DNA of 64,000 nt. Origin: Lytechinus pictus (lineage: Eukaryota). Below the pieces are notes generated by a model. That model was not told the origin of the DNA and searched no databases. It saw only the letters and a program-made list of their open reading frames with translations. The position numbers were made by a program, and so were the translations under genes. Shown here piece after piece: positions 54,841-64,000 of this stretch (positions within the stretch are counted from its first letter, which is position 1; each line of letters opens with the position of its first letter). The stretch covers positions 4,652,001 through 4,716,000 of the forward strand of contig NC_087251.1 in the NCBI RefSeq assembly GCF_037042905.1, read 5' to 3'.

Positions 54841-54925
54841 GTGTGGAGATGAACAAACAATGCAACTCGGCAATGGAACTCCTCAGGGTCGCACAGACAT
54901 GAGAAAAGATGACCTCATTATATGA
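54841..54925 (+). CDS. Pax1/9: Pax1/9 exon 5 (terminal coding part)
   Basis: Acceptor ttttcttttgttgatcattacAG (54840). A phase-2 join gives (K)CGDEQTMQLGNGTPQGRTDMRKDDLII* with tandem TGA TGA (54923-54928). The frame depends on which exon-4 donor is used. Confidence 0.6.
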
Positions 54926-57180
54926 TGATCACGTGATAACTCTAACATCTCCTGATTGGCTAAATGTTAAAAATCGATTGGATAGGATTTAACGGACTGG
55001 CCAAGAAAGACATATTCACTTTGGATATTGTGACCAAGTAAAGATGGAAACAATGAAACAACCATCAGGAAAACATTAAAATGTTTGCACATATGACAGA
55101 AGAACAGCTAGTGACAGTTCTAAAGAGATTGATCAACTGTTATCAAACTTCTTATATTGTAAATAGAACTACACAAAATAAAGAAAATTATCAACAGTTG
55201 ATTGGAGGAGCTATATACTTCAAAATTCGATTAACGATTAATTCAAAGCAAACTAGATGTCCAGAGGGCTTGAAGAAGTAATGTGATCATGGTGATAATA
55301 TTTTGTGACTTATGATCTTGTTTGGAATTAGTTTTTTAGTCAACATCTGCTTGATGGTGGAAATTTGGATTTCCTTTTTAAGTGTCGAAAAGTGAAAGAA
55401 ATAAAATCAAATTTCGTATAGATGACGTCATTTGCACTCCGCCTACATCTTGATGATACCTACCAAGGAAATGTCTTTATGTTTCCTGTGACTGAGAAAT
55501 AATGTTAAATTGTGGTTGTTTTTGTTTTTAATAATTGTACAACTCATTTCATGTTTGTTATTGATTTTTATTTTTATTATCAGCCATCTGAGTAAGAATG
55601 TATTATAGTGACATGGGTTATTTATTTTTGTTTCAATTTTTCATTTATTCAAGTAGTTCCTAAGATTATTTTTTTGATAAGAAATTGATCAAAATTACAT
55701 CTTGTCTCCTTTAAATCGGGAGTAAGGTGATATTATGATTTTGTTTATTGAAAACACAAAGGCATATTTGATTGAAAATGAGTAACATGCATCAGGAAAA
55801 TCCAGAAAATATGTATATTTTTTTTTCATTTACTCGACCTAATCATAATGGTGTTTTTTTTTCATTGGTAGGAATGACGTCACAGTAGGAGTTAAGCTAA
55901 AATATTGACGTCATTTGTGATAAAAGATTTGTTACGACTTTCATTCACGGCAAAAACGAAATTTTCCACACCACACCGGAAAATTATAGTTAAATGAAAG
56001 AAATCTTCAGAAAATATTATAAGCCAGTGAGATTTCTATTCGTTGGAGTTCTTCTTAATAAAATATGAAAAAGTCTGTGTTTTTTATCAGTTTTCAAGAT
56101 GGTTAGAATCAAAGTCTTCAGTTTATTATTTTTTATCGTGTTTATATTGTGAACTGGGAATAATGTGTAAGTTAAGATTCGAACTAAGTGCAATGGTATC
56201 ATTATGTTGATGTGATGATTTTTTTTTATTGTGTTCTGTGCATTCTTTCTGAATTTGTTGCTTTGTCTAAAAATTCGAGATTACTACGCTCATAAACAGG
56301 TCCAACTAAGCATCTTTAGCAATGCCACACTGGGAGCACCTTAACATGTTAAATTTTGCGCATTTCCTATCTGAAAATTACACAGATGCACCTACTGTAT
56401 AAAGGTGCTCCAATATGTCCAAGATGAGAAGGTGCTAAATTGCACAATCTCAGTCTGGCATTGGCTGCACGGTATATTTTACTTGAAATGCCGTATTCGT
56501 AGTTTGAAATATATGTACAATCATAATGTCCTCTGGCAGAAACATACTGAAAATTTCAAAATAAAATACCTATTCAATATTTAGTAGCAAACACACCAGT
56601 GAACAGAGAAAGTGTTAATTAAAATGAGCATTTGTAGATTTAAAGCTTCAATACATTAACGAAAATGAAGATGACATACGCATTGAACATGTTCGGTGCT
56701 CTTTAAATGACATACTTGTCTACTCGTATTGAAATAATTTTTTTCTTCAAACTTTCGCTACAAAATAGCTTGTTTTGTTCCAAGATGGCTTTGATACCGC
56801 ACTGAAATAATAAAGGCTTTGTTAAATTTTCAAAAAAGCATGGTGACGAAGATAAGTTTGTTGATTCTGATTGAAGCTCTATTGATATTATCTATTGTAG
56901 ATAATGCATGATAAACATGATAGAGTTAAATTTATTTAAAAGGCTATCACATTTTCGGAAAGAGGAAGCATTGGAAGAAGGAAATCTTTTTAAAAGGAAT
57001 ATTTGAATATTTTGTATTTCATGATAGCTTACGGAATAATTGAAACATGCATGGTGTCCAATTATTAGTGATTAATTTAACTGAAATAATTTTGTTCGTA
57101 TGACTTGAAATAGCTTGCGCAATGAACAAGAATATTGTACAGAATGACTAATAAAACAAAATGTAAAATCAGAATATGTA
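54926..57180 (+). other. Probable long 3'UTR of Pax1/9
   Basis: T-rich, nearly repeat-free sequence follows the stop. AATAAA occurs at several places (e.g. ~56016, ~56560, ~56809, 57150). The last is followed by a GT-rich tract (GTGTTGTCTT, 57201). The actual end is unknown. Confidence 0.45.
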
Positions 57181-57324
57181 TTTTTCATTGCAATTTTGAC
57201 GTGTTGTCTTATGAAAAAAAAATCACCTAACGAACCTGATAATAATTAGTTTGACACTGAAATGAGGGTTGGTTCAGCTGTAAACAAGCAGATAAAGTGA
57301 AGTTAATATTGATAAGTTCCTTAA

Positions 57325-57917
57325 AGGTCAAATCCACCCCAGAAAAATAATGATTTGAATAAATAGAGAAAAATCAAACTAGCAAAATGCTGAAAATTTC
57401 ATCGAAATCGGATGTAAAATAAGAAAGTTATGACACTTCAAAGTTTTGCTTATTTTTCCCAAAACAGTGATATGCCAAACTCAAATGAGACAGTCGATGA
57501 TGTCCATCACTCACTATTTCTTTTGTTTTTTATTGTTTGAATTATACAATATTTCATTTTTTATAGATTTGACAATAAGGACCAACTTGACTGAATCATA
57601 TGATATTAAACAATTCTCATTCCACCTGTTCAGGGAGGAATTAACTGCTGTTTCACTTGACAATGAGGAGAAAAGTAGAATATTCCCTGTTTCATATAAT
57701 AAAATACAAAAGAAATAGTGAGTGGATGACGTCATCAGTCTCCTCATTTGCATACCCACCAGGATGTGCATATAACTGTTGTGTGAAATTAAGCAAAACT
57801 TTAAAATGTCATACTTTTCTTATTTTACATCCGATTTTGATGAAATTTTCAGTGTCATGCATGTTAGATTTTTCTCTTTTTACTCAAATCAACTTTTTGT
57901 TGGGGTGGACTCATCAT
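57325..57917. mobile_element. Kolobok-type non-autonomous DNA transposon (MITE), TTAA target site
   Basis: TTAA|AGGTCAAATCCACCCCA ... TGGGGTGGACTCATCAT|TTAA. The imperfect TIRs are ~130 bp and include AAATTTCATCGAAATCGGATGTAAAATAAGAAAGTTATGAC versus GTCATACTTTTCTTATTTTACATCCGATTTTGATGAAATTT. A second inner inverted pair is CACTCACTATTTCTTTTG / CAAAAGAAATAGTGAGTG. Confidence 0.88.
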
Positions 57918-59596
57918 TTAATGGACAAGAAAAAAAGAGAGAAGGGAACAGACAAAATAAAGATAAAGAAAGGTAGTGTGTGTGTGTGTTTAATGAAAAA
58001 AATGTGGGTGCCGATGTGTGTGTGAGAGAGAGAGGATTATGAAAAACGTGGGTGGGTGTGTGTTTGCATGCGTGTGTGTGTGGATTGGGTGGGTGTATGC
58101 TGAGAGGTATGTGTGTGGAGAGAGAAAAAAAATAGTTTGGAGTTCGTAGATATCGGAGAAGGGAAAAATTAAGAGCAACAAGATATGAAAAAAAATAGAG
58201 AATGTGGAAAATAAATAAATAAATTAAATTAGGGGAAGAAATATGAATGGATAAGGGATCGAGAGAAGGAATGGTGAGAGGGAAAATGGGCATGAACTAA
58301 TGGGTATACGTATGTATAATAAGTGAGCACATATTTAATGTAGAACTGGCTGCAACAATAGTTGTCCCTTTAGGAATCAGCAACATTATCATTTGTTGTA
58401 AGTCTTTTAAAAGTTTTATCAGTTCTAAAGATGATCATTTCACTAAAGACTGAAATCATTGTCAGACAAAATACATATTGAGTATAACATTAAAACGTGT
58501 CTTGTGTGAAAGTTGCAACCTTAAATCCGATTATTCATTGGTCAATTAAATAATTAAATTGTCTCTCTAAACAAAATTAGCTCGGGTACGCGAAAACTTG
58601 AAAAAGAAACGACATTTTGTCTCTTTAAAAAAATCTTGAAGGAAAATGTCACCCTTAACACTATGCAGTTATATTTGTCGACAAGAAATTGTTGACACAC
58701 ACTAAATTTAATGAAATATAAAAGTTACAAAACCCCTTCTCAGTGAAAGCTTGCGAAAAATTTGATTAATGATAACGAAAAAATGTGGGCATTTGAATTA
58801 TTACAAATGCGATGGATTAAGATGTGTGACACACACCACGAACCACTTCTAATGTACTCTTATACGTATTTCATTTCCCCCAAGTCTATCGTTAGATGAG
58901 GTATCCTTTATATGCATGTTTCTGAAAAAACACGGAAAGGAGTTTGTACATCATAAGAATGAGCGAAAAGAGTTCTTTTGGGCTTTACTTTTGTCCACCA
59001 AAGAGATGTGTTAACGTATGACATCACACATCGATAGTCGATCTACACAGCATTAGCATTCTCGACATTCTATTGTTCATAACTTTCTTCCTGTTTATCA
59101 TTATAGTAGTGTGCGCATAGGCGGATCCAGCTTTTGGCGAAAGGGGGGGCGCACTGCCGAGCGGCGCACATATTTTTGCACTTCACCGGCGCCATAAAAG
59201 AAAATGTTGAAAAAGGGGTAAAGTCTGACCCTGTCAAATGCTTTTTTCAAAATGTAGGATTTCCAGTCATGCCATTTTGCATGACCACACGCAGATAATA
59301 TTTCCGGGGGGGGGGGGCAAGACTCGAAAATTTGGTGCACATCTCACATTTGCACATTTTTCATAGTTTTCATGAAATGTTAAGGGAAAAAAATGTTTTT
59401 CACAACAGCAGATCGCGAATGTGCGCCCCCCCCCCTTCCCCCTTGCTGCGTACGACCATTCCCTGAAGTCCACTTAAACATATCTCATTATAACAGAAAT
59501 ATACATCAATTTAAACATATAATCTTTCTAAAACATTTTGTATATTAATAGAGATACAAGTTTTTTTTACTATATGTATATATATATATATATACA

Positions 59597-60175
59597 CAGG
59601 GGCGTCGATCCTTTTTTTAAGATTTGGGGGGCAACATCATGAATCAACTTTCCAAAGGCGCTCGATATCACACAAAACAAACAAACTCACTCAAACACAC
59701 ACACATATGCATTTATATGACTCATGAGATAGAAACACATATCTCACCAACAAATTAATGCGAGCGCGAAGCGCGAGCTGAAATTTTTTAGTATACTGAC
59801 CTGAAAACAGGAAAAAGGTGCCTGTTTAGGACTGTTTGTAGTAACTCATGAGGAGGATACATATCTCACTACACAGACAATGCGAGTTCCGAGGGCGAGC
59901 TGAAATTTCTTTATATTCTGACCAGAAAGCTTGATATTCTATGCATTTTTGCTACCAATGATTAAGATGGGTATCTAATAAAACAATAGATGCGAGCGCG
60001 AAGCGCGAGCTTAAAATTTTGATATTTCGATCTGGAAAAAAATGACAGTTTAATGGACGTTTGTAATAAAGAACAAGATTATATCCAGCAAAAGATTATT
60101 GCAAATCGAAGCGGGAGTTCTTTTGACGTTTCATGACATCTGTCATTCTGTGGGCAACTGCCCCGCCCCAGTCCA
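59597..60175. mobile_element. Interspersed repeat with GCGAGCGCGAAGCGCGAGC internal units
   Basis: Starts CAGGGGCGTCGATCC next to a (TA)n run. Three ~120-bp internal units are headed by ATGCGAGCGCGAAGCGCGAGCT (59758, variant at 59880, 59991). Confidence 0.6.
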
Positions 60176-60261
60176 CTCTGTAAGTGCATGCGATAAGCTT
60201 TGTTATGATCATTCAACAATAAAATGTATAACCAGGTGCCGCTGATCATTCTTGCGCGGCG

Positions 60262-61289
60262 CGCGCGTTTCCGTTTTACACCCTGGCGAAGGCATTTTCC
60301 GGAAAAATAGCCACAAAGCGACTAGTGAAGAGTCTACGTCTACGTTTGTTTACATAATCAGCTGGGCGCGCGATCCAAAAGTCCGCACCGAAGATATCCG
60401 CAGAACATACGTGCAAATGCAGCTGAGTTTATAGACCAAAAGCTTCAGTCTCTGTATTTTGGTTGTTCCGCTGAACTACATGTATATACGTTGGCTTCAT
60501 GATTTTTTTTTTACTTTATCGCACATGATCGTTTATATGAATGAAAACGAATAATAGCTAAAATATTGAAAAATAAAACACATAATTACTTTTCTTCATA
60601 TTATATCTATCCTTATATCTATCATATCTGTCTATCCACTATGTTATAAATCAATCTATGGAACTACATGATATATATATCTGTTAATTTGTCTATCTAC
60701 TCTGTCTCTCTCATTCTCTATCTACCTATCTATCTGTCTATCTATTTATCTAACATCTATCTATCCATCTGTCTCTCTTTTATTTCTCTCTATCCATCTA
60801 TTAATCTACTCGTGCAATATCAACACTGCTTCGACTTCCTTCGGGAGTCTATTTCCTCAGCTCTACTTTTCCCTTTTTGTGCTCGATTCGATTCAATTAC
60901 TACTTTATTTACTTGTTACCATTGTTAAATGTCTTGTATTGCATAATGAGTTTTTTTTCTGAAGGTTGCCTCCTATTCTCTTTCAAATTCCACCTCTTGC
61001 TTTCCCTTCTCTTTGTCTTATCCCAATTTCTTTCCCTTCTCTCACCTCTTTCCTCTTCTCTCTCCTCTTTCTTCTTAATCTTTCATTCCGCTTTTTTCTT
61101 CTTTGGTGACACTTTGTAGTACTTTTGGCCTTTTGTATTTATTTATGATACATTTCTTTTTCATTTGTATGAATTTGTATTGTATTTGATATTTATTTAT
61201 AATGTTTACTTTATATTTTGTATGTAAACATTCACTTATTTCAGTCTTTGACTGCTTGTGATTTTATTTTGATAGTTTTTATTGCAATA

Positions 61290-61336
<47 letters not shown>

Positions 61337-61521
61337 CTCTATCTATCCATCTGTCTGTCTTTTTCTCTCTCTGTTTCTCTCTATCCGTCTATCTATCTCT
61401 CGAATTCTCTCTATCCATCTGTCCGTCTGTCTCTCAAATTCTCTCTCTCTCTATCTATCTATCCATCTGTCTGTCTATTTCTCTCTATCCGTCTATATAT
61501 CTATCTTTCAAATTATATCTA

Positions 61522-61556
<35 letters not shown>

Positions 61557-61726
61557 GTAACTACAGTATCTATCTATCTGTTAATCTTCTCTGTCTCTCT
61601 CATTCTTTATCTATCTATCTAACATCTATCTATCTCTCAGATTCTCTATCTCTCTCTCTCTCTCTCTCTATCTATCCATCTGTCTGTCTTTTTTTCTCTC
61701 TCTCTATTTCTCTCTATCCGTCCATA

Positions 61727-61757
<31 letters not shown>

Positions 61758-61838
61758 AACATCTCTCAAGTTCTCTCCCCCATCTATCTATCTATCTATC
61801 TATCTATCCATCTCTCTGTCTTTCTCTCTCTCTCTATT

Positions 61839-61887
<49 letters not shown>

Positions 61888-62393
61888 ATATATATCAATC
61901 TCTCTGTATTACACACTCTCTCTCTCTCTCTACTTCTATCTATCTATCTATCTATCTATATATATGTCTGTCTATTTATCTATCTATCTATGTCTATATC
62001 AATTTATCAGTCTTCTATATCTATCTTTCGGCATCTAAGTGTATCAATCCATCAAACTTCAATTTTCTTTCTATTATATGTATCTGTTTATTTTTATTTT
62101 GTCTGTCATTCGATTCATTTAGTTAATAATTTATATTTAGAAAAAAAACTTTTTCATAACTTTTCATTAAAAAAGTAACTGCAAAAGCATGTTCGGATTT
62201 CACTCATATGACTGCTCTCTGTACATGAAGTGCCGAGGAACTCTATTCAGTAACTGTGCAGATTGCATGCGGTGGTGTGGGGCTCGCCTGTGTCGCACGC
62301 TGCAACCAGCGACGTGTGTAGACTCTTCACTAGTCGCTTTGTGGCTATTTTTGCGGAAAATGCCTTCGCCAGGGTGTAAAACGGAAACGCGCG
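60262..62393. mobile_element. 2.1-kb element bounded by 76-bp near-perfect inverted repeats
   Basis: 60262-60337 (CGCGCGTTTCCGTTTTACACCCTGGCGAAGGCATTTTCCGGAAAAATAGCCACAAAGCGACTAGTGAAGAGTCTAC) is the reverse complement of 62318-62393 with one mismatch. The interior is non-coding and microsatellite-rich. Confidence 0.8.
60600..62030. repeat. (TATC)n/(TC)n/(TA)n low-complexity region
   Basis: Directly visible; interrupted by a non-microsatellite segment at ~60810-61297. Confidence 0.9.
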
Positions 62394-63690
62394 TACCGGC
62401 GCCGACCTAGATTTGGTTGACAATAGGCCCTTCTTCATTATTCTACCGGCGCCTATTTATTGGAACTAGGGGACGCTGATTATTCTTGACCGGCGCCGAT
62501 TTAGAACAAGTAGTGCTGATTATTTTTACCGACGTCACGTAAGATTCAGGCAGCGGCAATTCATAATTGACTGGCGCCGATTATTCTTGACTGGCGCCGA
62601 TTTTTAACCAGGTGGTGCTGATTATTCTTGTCCGGCGCCGATTTAGATTTAGGTGGAGCTGATTATTCTTAATCGGCGCCGGTTAAGACTCAGGCAGCGC
62701 CGATTTATAACCAGATGGCGCTGACTATTCTTGACCAGCCCCGATTTAGATTTAGATGGCGCTGACTATTCTTGTCCGGCGCCGATTTAGATTTAGGTGG
62801 AGCTGATTATTCTTGATCGGCGCCGGTTACGAACTCAGGCAGCGCCGATTTTTCTTTACCGGCGCCGATTTATAACCAGATGGCGCCGTTTATTCTTGCC
62901 CGGCGCCGATTTAGATTTAGGTGGAGCTGATTATTCTTGATCGGCGCCGGTAAAGACTCTGGCAGTGCCGATTTTTCTCGACTGGCGCCGATTTATAACC
63001 AAATTGCGCTGATTATTCTTGTCCGGCGCCGATTTAGATTTAGGTGGAGCTGATTATTCTTGATCGGCGCCGGTTAAGACTCAGGCAGCGCCGATTTATA
63101 ACCAGATGGCGCTGACTATTCTTGACCAGCCCCGATTTAGATGTAGGTGGTGCTGATTATCCTCGATCGGCACCGGTTACGAACTCAGGCAGCGCCGATT
63201 TTTCTTTACCGGCGCCGATTTATAACCAGATGGCGCCGTTTATTCTTGCCCGGCGCCGATTTAGATTTAGGTGGAGCTGATTATTCTTGATCGGCGCCGG
63301 TTAAGACTCTGGCAGTGCCGATTTTTCTCGACTGGCGCCGATTTATAACCAAATTGCGCTGATTATTCTTGTCCGGCGCCGATTTAGATTTAGGTGGAGC
63401 TGATTATTCTTGATCGGCGCCGGTTAAGACTCAGGCAGCGCCGATTTATAACCAGATGGCGCTGACTATTCTTGACCAGCCCCGATTTAGATGTAGGTGG
63501 TGCTGATTATCCTCGATCGGCACCGGTTACGAACTCAGGCAGCGCCGATTTTTCTTTACCGGCGCCGATTTATAACCAAATGGCGCTGATTATTCTTGTC
63601 CGGCGCCGATTTAGATTAAGATGGCGCTGATTATTCTTGATTGGCGCCAGTTATATGCAGGCAGCGCACTGCTGTTTATTTTTAACCGGC
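62394..63690. repeat. GGCGCC-anchored minisatellite, 20-22-bp monomers in a 350-bp higher-order repeat
   Basis: Landmarks recur at exactly 350 bp: GAACTCAGGC at 62831/63181/63531, GGCAGTGCCG at 62961/63311, and AAATTGCGCT at 63001/63351. I count 17 monomers per unit. Confidence 0.95.
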
Positions 63691-64000
63691 GAAGTTGTTG
63701 GGAAAAGGGTAGTTGATGATATGATTGTGCTTTGCTGGGGGATAGTCTTTCCTTACTGTTGTTAATATTGTATCAGTGTATAATTTTTTCAAGCGGCGCC
63801 TTTTCCTTTCTTTCCTTTATTTTTATATTTTAAAGCAGCGCCTTTTCTTTCTTTTACTTTTCTTTTATTTTTTTTTGAGCGGCGCCTTTGGCGCCGCTCA
63901 AATATTAGGGGGGGCGCGCGCCCCCTGCGCCACCCCCCTGGATCCGCCACTGGTGCGTAGATTTGTCTGTTTTTTATACAAGCTAACTTCTTTCGACGAT

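Larger units (their letters stand above)
59116..63952. mobile_element. 4837-bp composite non-autonomous element with GGCGGATCCAG TIRs and 5-bp TSD
   Basis: The left end is CATAGGCGGATCCAG and the right end is CTGGATCCGCCACTG (13/15 inverted match). GTGCG flanks both sides directly (59111-59115 and 63953-63957). No transposase ORF. Confidence 0.6.
58640..64000. mobile_element. Old Kolobok-like MITE split by the 59116-63952 insertion (own sequence 58640-59115 and 63958 to window end)
   Basis: The left end reads TTGA|AGGAAAATGTCACCCTT. The right arm CATAACTTTCTT.. (59078) breaks off at 59115. It appears to resume at 63958 with TAGATTTGTCTGTTTTTTATACAAGCTAACTTCTTT, similar to the corresponding arm of the 57325 element (TAGATTTTTCTCTTTTTACTCAAATCAACTTTTT). 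Confidence 0.5.

Noticed and set aside
62394..63690. CRISPR-like repeat-spacer array
   Set aside because: The spacers are not unique (a few types recur with a 350-bp period), the context is eukaryotic and there are no cas genes.
57180..64000. Exons of slc25a21, the usual tail-to-tail neighbour of Pax9
   Set aside because: No mitochondrial-carrier-like coding sequence is visible on either strand. The gene may lie outside the window.
1..64000. Known microRNA hairpins
   Set aside because: I recognised no mature miRNA sequence by eye; the partial TAGTACTGG at ~34432 lacks the rest of a known miRNA and a hairpin. A miRBase/Rfam scan is needed to exclude them.

Overview
AT-rich eukaryotic genomic DNA, not prokaryotic. 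The repeat families and gene style suggest an echinoderm, probably a sea urchin; this is inference. The window holds one protein-coding gene, a Pax1/9 paired-box transcription factor on the + strand. By hand I reconstruct five coding exons: 7354-7360, 14187-14822, 48013-48173, 53895-54178 and 54841-54925. They total 1173 nt (390 aa) with GT-AG introns of 6.8, 33.2, 5.7 and 0.66 kb. Exons 1, 3 and 5 are absent from the ORF track. The remainder is intronic or intergenic DNA with many GC/CpG-richer candidate cis-regulatory islands, two decayed LINEs, two SINE remnants, several MITEs and long microsatellites. The last ~5.4 kb is a nested stack of non-autonomous DNA transposons containing a GGCGCC minisatellite with a 350-bp higher-order period. 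Almost all other listed ORFs are spurious. I cannot support a wholly new biological system. The best leads are a possible dual-promoter/dual-N-terminus design of Pax1/9, a CRE/CCAAT cluster just after the stop codon, and the nested 4.8-kb element with a 5-bp target-site duplication.
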